A stretch of DNA of 64,000 bases. Origin: an uncultured Gemmatimonadales bacterium (GTDB lineage: Bacteria > Gemmatimonadota > Gemmatimonadetes > Gemmatimonadales > GWC2-71-9). The stretch's first letter is position 1. Each line of letters starts with the position of its first letter. Position numbers and translations under genes: made by a program. The notes below the pieces were generated by a model, which saw only the letters and a list, made by a program, of their open reading frames with translations, was not told the DNA's origin and did no database searches. Shown here piece by piece: positions 47,893-57,110 of the stretch. The DNA lies in assembly GCA_963779755.1 (NCBI GenBank), contig CAVZZO010000003.1:448001-512000 (forward strand), written 5' to 3'.

Positions 47893-49719
47893 GTGGGGAT
47901 CACCTACGTCGACGGGCCCCGCCTGGCCCGGTCGCTGTTCGCCGCGTCCGACTGGGTCGCGGCTGGCCGCGAAGAGATCAACCGGATCAACGTCTTCCCC
48001 GTCCCCGACGGGGATACCGGCACCAATTTCAGCCTGACCCTCCGTTCCGTCGCCGACGCGCTCCGCGCGCTCGGCGACGCGTCGCTTCCGGACACCGCCG
48101 AGGCCATGGCTCGCGGCGCGGTGTTGGGGGCACGCGGCAATTCGGGCATGATGCTGGCCCATTTCCTCCTCGGCTTCGCCGATGCACTCCGCACCCGCGA
48201 GACGGCGGGCGTGCAGGATATCGCCCACGCGATCCGCCGGGGGGTGGAGCGGCTCTACACCTCCATCGACGAGCCGCGGGAAGGCACCATCCTCACCGTG
48301 GCGCGCGAGGCCGCCGAGGCTGCCGAGCGGGCGGCGGTGGATGTGGACGATATCCGCATCTTCATGCGGCGCATGCTGGAGGAGGGCGAAGCGGCCCTGG
48401 CCCGCACGCCCGAGCTGATGGAAGTCCTGAGGGAGGCGGGTGTGGTGGATGCCGGCGGCAAGGGCTTCGTCCGTATGATTGAAGGCGTGGTTCGCTTCAT
48501 CGAGGGCGACCCCATCCTGCCGGCCGCCGATTTCGCGCCGGAGAGCACCAGCCCGGCAGCGGAGGTCGAGGTGGCCGCCGAGCGCGACTACCAGTTCTGT
48601 ACCGAGGTGCTGGTACGGGGCGAGCAGCTGCCTGCGGCCAACGAGGCGCGTCAGAAGATGCGGCAGTTCGGCGGCTCGCTGGTGGTGCTGGTGGCGGGCG
48701 ACCTGCTCAAGATCCATGTGCATACCGACACCCCCGACGCGGTCTTCACCTCCGCCGCGCGCTGGGGCACCATCCAGAGCACCAAGGCCGACGATATGCG
48801 CGCCCAGCACCGCGCGCTGGGCCACACCGACCGCCGCCCGGTTGCCATCGTCACCGACAGTTCCGCCGATCTCGCCGACGCGGTGCTCGACCGGCATCAC
48901 ATCGCCCTGGTGCCGCTGCAGGTCATGTTCGGCGACCAGGTCTTCCAGGACCGGGTGGAGCTCAAGCCGCAGGAGTTCTATCGCCGGCTGCGGCAGGCGA
49001 AGCAGCTGCCCACGACCTCGCAGCCCGCGCCGGCCGAGTTCGTGCGGGTCTTCCGCGACGCCCTGAGCGAGGCGGACGAAGTCGTGGCCGTCCTGCTCGC
49101 CTCCCAGCTCTCCGGCACCTATCAGTCGGCCCAGGCCTCCCTGCGCGCCGCGACCCTGCAGGGCGTCCACCTGGTCGACAGCGCCAGCGCCTCCCTCGGG
49201 GTGGGCCTCCTGGCCCTGCGGGCCGCGGAGCTGGCCGAGAGCGGCTGGCGCGCCACCGACATCGCCCGGGAGCTGGAGCGGCTGCGGGGCCAGTCGGGCT
49301 GTTTCATCACGGTGGACCGGTTCGACAATCTCATCCGCTCCGGCCGGGTCACCCGGGGCAAGGCCTGGCTGGCAGGCATGCTGGATGTGAAGCCCATCCT
49401 GACGCTCGATAGCGCCGGACGGGTCCAGCCGCTCGACCGGGTGCGCGGCAAGGAGAACGTGGTCCCGCGGGTGCTGGCGCTGCTGGAGAAACGGCTCACC
49501 CCCCGCCCCAAGGCGATCCGCTTCGGCGTCGTGCATGCCGAGGCGCCGGAGATGGCCGAGCGGGTCCGCACCGCCCTGGTCGCGGCCTACCGGCCGCGGG
49601 ACTGCTTCGTCTCGCTGGCCACCGGCGTCCTGGGGACGCATGTGGGGGAGGGGGCATGGGCGATATTTTACATGGTGGAGGACGGCGGGCCGTCACGGAC
49701 GGCGCCCCGTACGGACTGA
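47893..49719 (+). CDS. DAK2 (FakA-like) - DegV (FakB-like) fusion protein
   Basis: INVFPVPDGDTGTN, GARGNSG, EGTILTV, VVDAGG, KIHVHT; then IVTDSSADL, TSQP, LSGTYQSA, GTHVG. Confidence 0.92.
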   Translation: MGITYVDGPRLARSLFAASDWVAAGREEINRINVFPVPDGDTGTNFSLTLRSVADALRALGDASLPDTAEAMARGAVLGARGNSGMMLAHFLLGFADALRTRETAGVQDIAHAIRRGVERLYTSIDEPREGTILTVAREAAEAAERAAVDVDDIRIFMRRMLEEGEAALARTPELMEVLREAGVVDAGGKGFVRMIEGVVRFIEGDPILPAADFAPESTSPAAEVEVAAERDYQFCTEVLVRGEQLPAANEARQKMRQFGGSLVVLVAGDLLKIHVHTDTPDAVFTSAARWGTIQSTKADDMRAQHRALGHTDRRPVAIVTDSSADLADAVLDRHHIALVPLQVMFGDQVFQDRVELKPQEFYRRLRQAKQLPTTSQPAPAEFVRVFRDALSEADEVVAVLLASQLSGTYQSAQASLRAATLQGVHLVDSASASLGVGLLALRAAELAESGWRATDIARELERLRGQSGCFITVDRFDNLIRSGRVTRGKAWLAGMLDVKPILTLDSAGRVQPLDRVRGKENVVPRVLALLEKRLTPRPKAIRFGVVHAEAPEMAERVRTALVAAYRPRDCFVSLATGVLGTHVGEGAWAIFYMVEDGGPSRTAPRTD

Positions 49720-49756
49720 AGCACTCAGCGCGAACGCGGTTCGCAGGAGCACGACC

Positions 49757-50128
49757 ATCAAGACGCCACCCAGGGAACGACATCCCATCCCGGCCGAACT
49801 GCGGGTTGCCATCGAGGCCATGGAGGACCGGAAGGCGCGGGACCTGACGGTGCTGGATCTGCGGGGCCTGAGCGATGCCAGCGATTTCTTTCTGATTGCC
49901 ACCGGCACCTCGGATACCCACGTGCGCGGCATCGCCGATGCCGTACTCGACGCCATGCAGCGCCACGGCTGGCGGGCCCACCACATCGAGGGCCTCACCA
50001 CCGGCCGCTGGGTGCTGCTCGATTACGTGGACTTCGTAATCCACCTCTTCCATCCCGAAACCCGGTCGTTCTACCAGCTGGAGCGGCTGTGGAGCGATGC
50101 ACCGGCGTTGCAGGCGGGTGGGCGGTAA
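49757..50128 (+). CDS. rsfS: Ribosome silencing factor (probable ATC start; alternative ATG at 49820)
   Basis: DRKARD..VLDL, DFFLIATG, WVLLDYVDFVIHLF, FYQLERLW. Confidence 0.93.
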   Translation: MKTPPRERHPIPAELRVAIEAMEDRKARDLTVLDLRGLSDASDFFLIATGTSDTHVRGIADAVLDAMQRHGWRAHHIEGLTTGRWVLLDYVDFVIHLFHPETRSFYQLERLWSDAPALQAGGR

Positions 50129-50142
50129 CGGTATTTTCTATC

Positions 50143-51510
50143 GTGCCGCCCCGTAAAATCCCCTCCAGCGCCCTCGTGGCGCTGCTCGTCGTCGCCTGCC
50201 ACCAGGCTCCGCACCGGAACCAGATCGTTCTGGCGAGCCCCACGGCACCCGCCTCGCTGCTGCGGCTCCCCCGCAGCGGAGGCAACGCGGTTCTCTACCA
50301 TCTGCCCGACCTGAAACCCGCCGGCTGGCAGAGTCGCGAGGAGCTTCCCGAACTGACCGGCGTCCTGGGCGCCAACCTCGACCAGCAGACCGTCTACGCC
50401 CAGAGCAAGCGGCACCAGATCGTCAGCCTGGAGTTGGACAACGGGCGGACCGCCACCGTGCTCGACGGCGTCCGCTCCGCCGTGACGGGGCCCGACGGCG
50501 TCCTCTATGCCGTGCGGGACAGCAACACCGTCACCATGGTGCGCCACCGCACTCCGGTGCGCCTGCGCGGCCGGCTGCCGGCCGCGCCCGACGCCCTCTA
50601 CGGCACCCTGTCCGACGATCTCATCGCGGCGATCGGCGGCAAGTCGCCCCGGCTGGTCATCCTGACCACCGACGACTCCGCCACCACTGTCGCCGTCCCC
50701 GCGGGGACCACCGCCGCCACCTACTGGGGCGACCTGGTCGCCATTGCGGCCGATAGCGCCCTGGTGCTCTACTCCCCCTCCGGCACGTCGCCTTTCCTCA
50801 GCGTCGACGCGGGAAACCACGTGCGGGGGGTGAGCTTCTCCCCCTCCGGGCACCGCATCTACGTCGCCCGCGAATCGCACGATGTGGGCGTCATCGACCG
50901 CTTCACCCGCAGGGCGCTGCATTCGATCGACCTGCCCGGCTCCCCCGTCGACTTCCGGCTCGACCCCGCCGGGCGCTGGCTACTGGCCCGGCCGGCCGGC
51001 ATCGATTCGGTCTACGTGGTGGACCTCTCCATCGGCGAGTACCTGGACAGCTGGGAGACCCGCTGGACCGGCGATCTCCCCGCCGTGGCCGGCGACGGCA
51101 CGCTGCTGCTGGCCCAGGGGAAGAATCTCATCGCGCACGACCTGACGGCCGACGCCTGGCCCGAGACCGGCCGCCTCCAGGGCGGCGCCGACGATCTCTG
51201 GCTGGGCCTGGCCTGGACGCCCGAAGGCGGCACCCGCCCGGTACCGGCCCAGGATACCACCCTGGCCTCGGCCGACACGACGGAGGCCCGGGTCTATCTC
51301 CAGGTGAGCAGTTCCCAGAACAGCGCCTGGGCCGAGGATCTGGCGAACAAGCTGCGCCAGGCCGGCCTGCCGTCCTCCGTGCTCGACCCGCGCCAGGAAG
51401 GCGACGGCTACCGGGTAGTACTCGGCCCCTATGCCTCTCGCGATGAGGCCGAGGCCGCGGGCAAGAAGCTCGGCCGCCCCTTTTTCATCTACCAGCCGAG
51501 CACGCAGTAA
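50143..51510 (+). CDS. Lipoprotein with beta-propeller-like region and C-terminal SPOR domain
   Basis: LVVAC lipobox; FSPSGHRIYV and LDPAGRWL propeller blades; YLQVSS...YRVVLGPYASRDEAEAA SPOR motif. Confidence 0.82.
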   Translation: MPPRKIPSSALVALLVVACHQAPHRNQIVLASPTAPASLLRLPRSGGNAVLYHLPDLKPAGWQSREELPELTGVLGANLDQQTVYAQSKRHQIVSLELDNGRTATVLDGVRSAVTGPDGVLYAVRDSNTVTMVRHRTPVRLRGRLPAAPDALYGTLSDDLIAAIGGKSPRLVILTTDDSATTVAVPAGTTAATYWGDLVAIAADSALVLYSPSGTSPFLSVDAGNHVRGVSFSPSGHRIYVARESHDVGVIDRFTRRALHSIDLPGSPVDFRLDPAGRWLLARPAGIDSVYVVDLSIGEYLDSWETRWTGDLPAVAGDGTLLLAQGKNLIAHDLTADAWPETGRLQGGADDLWLGLAWTPEGGTRPVPAQDTTLASADTTEARVYLQVSSSQNSAWAEDLANKLRQAGLPSSVLDPRQEGDGYRVVLGPYASRDEAEAAGKKLGRPFFIYQPSTQ

Positions 51511-51524
51511 AAGGAACTGCGGTT

Positions 51525-51683
51525 CACCGCGAAGGCGCGAAGAACGCAAAGTTCGCGGAGAAAATGGTGGAACGTCGAGCCTCAGTTGAAGAGCATGCGA
51601 GTCCCGGCTGATCGTTTTCGTTAACCAGTCCCCGTCGCGGAGTCCTCTTGGGCTGTCTTGGCCGATTTCGCGTCTTCGCGGTA
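51525..51683. repeat. Nonamer-type inverted arms enclosing ~105 bp
   Basis: accgcgaag gcgcgaag aacgcaaag ... cttggccga tttcgcgtc ttcgcggt. Confidence 0.65.
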
Positions 51684-51687
51684 CACT
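51658..51687 (+). promoter_or_regulatory. Putative sigma70 promoter for smc, overlapping the right repeat arm
   Basis: TTGGCC-18nt-TACACT. Confidence 0.45.
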
Positions 51688-51706
51688 CTATTATCGGAAC
51701 CAGCCC

Positions 51707-54700
51707 ATGAAGCTCACCCGCCTCGAGCTGTCCGGCTTCAAGTCCTTCGCGGACACGGTCACCCTCAACTTCGACGAGGGGGTGACCGCCATCGTGGGGC
51801 CGAACGGCTGCGGAAAATCCAACGTCTCCGATGCGGTGCGCTGGGTGCTGGGCGAGCAGTCGGCCCGGCTCCTGCGCGGCGGCAAGATGGAAGACGTGAT
51901 CTTCCAGGGCGCCGCCACCCGCCGCCCGGTGAATGTCACCGAGGTTTCGCTCTACCTCGACAACAGCGACGGCGACCTGCCCATCGCCTATCGCGAGGTG
52001 GTCATCACCCGCCGGCTCTCCCGTTCCGGCCAGAGCGACTATCTGCTCAACAAGGCGCCCACCCGCCTGCGCGATATCCAGGACCTGATCCGCGGGACCG
52101 GGCTCGGCAGCGACGCCGGCGTGGTGATCGAAGCCAAGATGATCGATCTGCTCCTCTCCGACCGGGCGGAAGAGCGGCGCTCGCTCTTCGAGGAAGCGGC
52201 CGGTATCGGCCTCTACCGCGACCGGAAGCAGAGCACCGAGCGCCGCCTGGAAGAGACCGGACAGGACCTCCAGCGGGTGGAGGATCTCATCTCCGAGGTC
52301 CAGAGCCAGCTCCGCAGCCTGGCGCGCCAGCGGGGCCGGGCCGAGCGGCATGGCAAGCTCACCGAAGAGAAATTCGCCGTCCAGCTCACTCTTGCGCGCC
52401 GGCTGCTGGAGGAGCTGGAAGCACGGCTGGTCTCCATCCGCGCCCGGCGGGGCGAGCTGGATCACGAGCTGCCGCGGGCGCGGGAAACCCTGGCCGAGGC
52501 CGAGCAGCGCCGCGAACGCTGCGTCCGCGAGCGGGGCGGCTACGAAACCCGGCGGACCGAAATCACCCGCCGGCTGGGCGGCGTGCGCGTGGAGCTGGGC
52601 AAGCTGGACGGCGACCTCGCGCTGGCCGCTGAGCGCCTGACCAATGCCGCCTCCCGCCGGGTGCGGGCGGCCGAGGAGCGGGGACAGATGGAACAGCGCA
52701 GCCAGCTCGCCGCTCGCGAGCACGCGGCGGCGCTGGAGGAGCGCCAGGCGGCCATGGCGGAGCACGAGCGCATCCATGCCGAGCTGGAGGGCCGTTCCGC
52801 CGCCGAGGAGTTCGTGCGCCAGCGGTTGAGCGAGCAGCGCGCCGCGGTTCGCGCCCTGGAAGAAGAGCTGCAGCGGCATGTCCGGACCTTGCGCTCCCTG
52901 GAAGGCGAGCGCAGCGCCCTGGAAAGCGACCTCGCTTCCCTGCGCGAACGCTCCACCCAGCTCGAGGGGCGGCGCGAGTCCCTGGCCAATGCCCTGGAGG
53001 AAGGCGAACGCCGGCTGCAGGAAGCCGGGGAAAGCGCCGAACGGCAGGCCGGCGAGGTCAAGCGCGCCGCCGGCGATGCCGACCGCTGCCGCCACCTGGT
53101 GGGCGAGTACCGCCGCCAGGAAGCCCACGACCGCGCCACCGTCCGGGAAGTGGAAGAACTGGTGGCCCAGCTGACCGCCCGGCGCCAGGCGCTGGAAGAC
53201 CTGGAGCGCGACCGCGTCGGGCTGGCGCCGGGCGCCGCCGCCCTGCTCGCCGCCCGCGACCACTTCGGCGGCGCGGTGCTGGGCGTGCTGAGCGATTATC
53301 TCACCACCGAGCGTACCGATGCCGAGCTGGCCGAGCGCCTGCTGGGCGAATGGGTGCACGCCGTGCTGCTGCGCGACGAAGACGCCATCCCCGCCATCCA
53401 GGCCTGGCATGCGGAAGCGCAGCCCGGTGCCCTGGTCCTGCTGCCGGTCCGTCCCGGCCCCTCATTCACCCCCGAAGGCGACCCCCTGGCCGATCGTCTG
53501 CGGGCCGACGAGCCTGCCCGGGAGTGGGTCCGCGCCCTCCTCGGCGGATCGCGCGTGCTGGAGGCCGGCGGCCGCGCCCTGCGCCGCGCTAACGGGGCCA
53601 TTCTCCTGGCCGGCGCCGCCGCTCCCTCCGGGCCGCTGCGCCGCCGCGCCGAGTTGCAGTCGCTGAGCCAGGAGCTGGAACAGGGCCGGCAGCGGCAGGA
53701 CGCGGCCGAACATGCCCTGCGCGAAACCGCCGCCAGCCTGGAGTCGGCCGAGCACTCGCTGGTCCAGGCGACCGCGGCGCTGGAGGAGTCCCGGACCGCG
53801 GAGCGCCGGAGCCTGGCGGCGCGCGACGATGCCGCCCGGACGGCCGAGAACCTCCGCCGCGAGCACCAGGAGGCGGATAGCCAGCTGGCCGGCCTGGGGG
53901 AGCGGATCGAGCGCTCCGAAGTCCGCCTGGCCGAGATCGACACCGCCATGACCGAGGGAGAGCTGGGCCGGGTCCGCCTGGAGGAGAACCTGGGAGAATC
54001 CCGCGGCCAGCTGGCCGAGTTCGAGCGGGAACAGGAGAGCGCCCGCGAAAACCGGGTCCACTGGCAGGTGCAGGAGGCCCACGTCGCGGCGCGGGTGCAG
54101 GCCGCCGACGAGCGGCTGGAACGGGCTCGGGCAAGCGGGCACGAGGCAGAGACCCATGCCCGGGAGCTGGCCGGTGAGCTGGCCCGGCTGGAGGCCGACA
54201 GCGGTGATCTCGAGAGCCAGCAGGCCGTGTGGCAGGAGCAGCGGGCCGAGCTCCGGGTGGCCGTGCTCGAGCTGGAGGCCGCCGCCGGTGACGCCGAGCA
54301 GGAACTGGCCGCGGCGGAGGACGCGCTCCGCCGGGCGGAAGAAGATCTGACCACCGGCCGGCAGCGCCTGGAGGCCCTGAGCGAGGAGCGCCACCGGCTC
54401 GACCTCGAGCTCACCGAAGCCGACGCGCGCAACCGGTCAATCGTCGAGCGGGTGGAAACGGAATGGCGCCGGCCGATTGACGCGCTGCTGCAGGAAGCGC
54501 CGGTGCTCGATCTCGACCGCGAGACCCTCGAGTCGGAGGCCGCCCGGATCGTCGGCGCCCTGGAGGCGATCGGTCCCATCAACCCGCTCGCCGTGGAAGA
54601 GCACGCGGAAGAGAGCAAGCGGCTGGAGTTCCTGACCTCCCAGCGCGACGACCTGGTGGCCGGCCGGCAGTCGCTGCAGCAGGCCATTCGCGAGATCGAC

Positions 54701-55177
54701 GGCACCGCCCGGACCATGTTCCAGGACACCTTCGAGGCCATCAAGGGGCACTTCACTACCGTCTTCCAGACCCTCTTCGGCGGCGGCGAGTGCGACCTGC
54801 GGCTCACCACCCCGGACGACCCGCTCGAAAGCGAAATCGAGATTCATGCTGCCCCGCGCGGCAAGCGGACCCAGCGGATCCACCTGCTCTCCTCCGGCGA
54901 GCGCACCCTGGTAGCGGTGAGCCTGCTCTTCAGTATCTACCTTACCAAGCCCAGCCCCTTCTGCCTCATGGACGAGGTGGACGCCCCCCTGGACGACGCC
55001 AACGTCGGCCGCTTCACCCGGCTGCTGGACGAGTTCAAGGGCCAGACCCAGTTCATCGTCATCACCCACAATCCCCGGACCATGCAGGCCGCCGACGCGG
55101 TCTACGGGGTGACGATGCAGGAGCCGGGGGTCTCGACCATCGTGGGGGTGCGCCTGGGGGAAACGGCGGAGGTCTAG
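51707..55177 (+). CDS. smc: Chromosome segregation protein SMC
   Basis: GFKSFAD, GPNGCGKSN, FEEAAG, long coiled coils, LSSGE, DEVDAPLD, FIVITH. Confidence 0.96.
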   Translation: MKLTRLELSGFKSFADTVTLNFDEGVTAIVGPNGCGKSNVSDAVRWVLGEQSARLLRGGKMEDVIFQGAATRRPVNVTEVSLYLDNSDGDLPIAYREVVITRRLSRSGQSDYLLNKAPTRLRDIQDLIRGTGLGSDAGVVIEAKMIDLLLSDRAEERRSLFEEAAGIGLYRDRKQSTERRLEETGQDLQRVEDLISEVQSQLRSLARQRGRAERHGKLTEEKFAVQLTLARRLLEELEARLVSIRARRGELDHELPRARETLAEAEQRRERCVRERGGYETRRTEITRRLGGVRVELGKLDGDLALAAERLTNAASRRVRAAEERGQMEQRSQLAAREHAAALEERQAAMAEHERIHAELEGRSAAEEFVRQRLSEQRAAVRALEEELQRHVRTLRSLEGERSALESDLASLRERSTQLEGRRESLANALEEGERRLQEAGESAERQAGEVKRAAGDADRCRHLVGEYRRQEAHDRATVREVEELVAQLTARRQALEDLERDRVGLAPGAAALLAARDHFGGAVLGVLSDYLTTERTDAELAERLLGEWVHAVLLRDEDAIPAIQAWHAEAQPGALVLLPVRPGPSFTPEGDPLADRLRADEPAREWVRALLGGSRVLEAGGRALRRANGAILLAGAAAPSGPLRRRAELQSLSQELEQGRQRQDAAEHALRETAASLESAEHSLVQATAALEESRTAERRSLAARDDAARTAENLRREHQEADSQLAGLGERIERSEVRLAEIDTAMTEGELGRVRLEENLGESRGQLAEFEREQESARENRVHWQVQEAHVAARVQAADERLERARASGHEAETHARELAGELARLEADSGDLESQQAVWQEQRAELRVAVLELEAAAGDAEQELAAAEDALRRAEEDLTTGRQRLEALSEERHRLDLELTEADARNRSIVERVETEWRRPIDALLQEAPVLDLDRETLESEAARIVGALEAIGPINPLAVEEHAEESKRLEFLTSQRDDLVAGRQSLQQAIREIDGTARTMFQDTFEAIKGHFTTVFQTLFGGGECDLRLTTPDDPLESEIEIHAAPRGKRTQRIHLLSSGERTLVAVSLLFSIYLTKPSPFCLMDEVDAPLDDANVGRFTRLLDEFKGQTQFIVITHNPRTMQAADAVYGVTMQEPGVSTIVGVRLGETAEV

Positions 55178-55268
55178 GGACGGAGGAATCAGGAATCAGG
55201 AATGAAGGGCTCCACCCCCCGGGTGGCGGGGAGGGGCCTCCATTCCCGATTCCTGGTTCCTGATTCCT
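55178..55268. repeat. Inverted pair of heptamer arrays (GGAATCA / TTCCYGR) around an inner hairpin
   Basis: ggaatca ggaatca ggaatga ... attcccg attcctg gttcctg attcctt; follows smc TAG. Confidence 0.88.
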
Positions 55269-55339
55269 TGCTCTACCGCCCCACCCCTCCTCCCCCCTAT
55301 CCTTCCGGGGTCGAATTCCGCCTTTGGAGAACCCCGCGC

Positions 55340-56380
55340 ATGCTCGTGGTGATGCGGCAGGACGCCGGGCCGGAGGATATCCGCGCCGTGGTGCAGGCCA
55401 TAGAGGAGATGGGCTACCAGGCCCGGCCCATGCCGGGCCGGTCGCGTACGGCCGTGGGGGTGGTGGGCAACGAGGGCCGGGTGGACGAGTCACGCCTCAG
55501 CGCGCTGGCCGGCGTCCGGGAGTTGGTGCACATCACCAGGCCCTGGAAGCAGGTGTCCCGCGAGTGGAAGGCCGAACCCACCGTCGTGACCCTGCCGGGC
55601 GGGCTCACCATCGGAGGCGACGGCCTGGTCGTCATGGCCGGCCCCTGTTCGGTCGAGAGCGAAGCCCAGATCCTCGAGGCGGCCCATGCCGTGCGCGAGG
55701 CCGGCGCCACGATCCTGCGGGCCGGCGCCTACAAACCGCGCAGTTCCCCCTATGCCTTCCAGGGGCTGGGCCAGCCCGGCCTGGCCATGCTGGCGCGGGC
55801 CCGGGAGGAAACCGGGCTGCTCATCGTCACCGAGGCCATGGATCCGGCGGCGGTGGATCTGGTCGAGCCGGTCGCCGATATCATCCAGGTGGGCGCCCGC
55901 AACATGCAGAACTATTCCCTGCTCAAGCGGGTGGGCCGGAGCCGCAAGCCGGTGCTGCTGAAGCGCGGCGTTTCCGCCACCATTCAGGAGTTGCTGCTCT
56001 CGGCGGAGTACATCCTGGCCGAAGGCAATCCCGACGTCATCCTCTGCGAGCGCGGCATCCGCGGGTTCGATGCCATGCTGCGCAACTTCTTCGACCTGTC
56101 GGCCATCCCGTTGGTACACGCTCTGTCACACCTGCCCATCATCGCCGACCCCAGCCATGGCACCGGCCAGCGCGACATGGTCGTTCCCGTCGCGCGGGCG
56201 GCCGTGGCCGCCGGCGCCGACGGCCTGCTGGTTGAAGTGCATCCCCATCCCGAGCGCGCCCGTTCCGACGGAGCCCAGAGCCTCTATCCCGAGCAGTTCG
56301 AGCGGATGATGCGGGAGTGCCGCCAGATCGCCGACGCCATCGGGCGGCGAATCAGCGAGCCCGCGGAGGCGGGCGCGTGA
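55340..56380 (+). CDS. aroF: 3-deoxy-7-phosphoheptulonate synthase, type I-beta with N-terminal regulatory domain
   Basis: AGPCSVES, KPRSSPY.FQGLG, GARNMQN, LLKRG, CERGIR, DPSH, SDG.QS. Confidence 0.95.
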   Translation: MLVVMRQDAGPEDIRAVVQAIEEMGYQARPMPGRSRTAVGVVGNEGRVDESRLSALAGVRELVHITRPWKQVSREWKAEPTVVTLPGGLTIGGDGLVVMAGPCSVESEAQILEAAHAVREAGATILRAGAYKPRSSPYAFQGLGQPGLAMLARAREETGLLIVTEAMDPAAVDLVEPVADIIQVGARNMQNYSLLKRVGRSRKPVLLKRGVSATIQELLLSAEYILAEGNPDVILCERGIRGFDAMLRNFFDLSAIPLVHALSHLPIIADPSHGTGQRDMVVPVARAAVAAGADGLLVEVHPHPERARSDGAQSLYPEQFERMMRECRQIADAIGRRISEPAEAGA

Positions 56381-57045
56381 AGCGGTTCGCGGTCCTGCTG
56401 GCCATCCTGGTCCTGCTGCGCCCCGCCCCGGCCCGGGCCCAGCGCACCGACAGCCTGCTCGCCCGGGCCGCCCGAACCTACGCCGGGCTCCAGTCGTTCA
56501 GCGCCGATTTTCACCAGCTGATCACCGATCCCATGCTGGGCGACATGAAAAGCGCGGGGCACCTGGCTCAGCAGGGCCCGTCCCATTTCGCCATGCGCTT
56601 CACCGATCCGCCCCACGAGGCCATCGTTGTGGACGGAACGCACGCCTGGGTCTATACCCCCAGCACCACTCCGGGCCAGGTGCTGCGCTTCCCCGCCCCG
56701 GCGGGCGAGCAGTATGGTTTCAATCTGCTGGCCTGGCTGCTGGACCGGCCGCTGGAGCGCTACCAGGCGCACGGGGCCGGCAGCGCGATGCTCAACGGCC
56801 AGACCGCCGATGGTGTGCGGCTCATTCCCACCGACCCCGCCCTCCCCTTCGACAGCGCCACCGTCTGGCTCGGCCACCGCAGCGCGCTGCCGCAGAAGGT
56901 GGAAATCTACGGGCAGGGGCAGCGGGGTCTGTCGGGGACAGGCGTGCGCACGGTCACGCTGGACCAGATCCGCACCAATGAGCGCCTGCCGGCAAAGATG
57001 TTCCGGTTTACCGTCCCGGATGGAGTGCGGGTGGTGGATCAGTAG
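56377..57045 (+). CDS. lolA: Outer membrane lipoprotein carrier protein
   Basis: Signal peptide; FSADFHQ, IVVDG..WVYTP, FRFTVPDGVRVVDQ. Confidence 0.85.
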   Translation: MKRFAVLLAILVLLRPAPARAQRTDSLLARAARTYAGLQSFSADFHQLITDPMLGDMKSAGHLAQQGPSHFAMRFTDPPHEAIVVDGTHAWVYTPSTTPGQVLRFPAPAGEQYGFNLLAWLLDRPLERYQAHGAGSAMLNGQTADGVRLIPTDPALPFDSATVWLGHRSALPQKVEIYGQGQRGLSGTGVRTVTLDQIRTNERLPAKMFRFTVPDGVRVVDQ

Positions 57046-57110
57046 GTAAGGGGTGAGACGTAAGGCGGGCGGCGTGGGAACACCTCACCCCTGGCCTCTT
57101 ACGCCTTACC
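57043..57110. repeat. Inverted heptamer arrays (GGCGTAA family) between convergent stops
   Basis: taggtaa ggggtga gacgtaa ggcg ... cctcacc cc ... cttacgc cttaccc. Confidence 0.65.
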
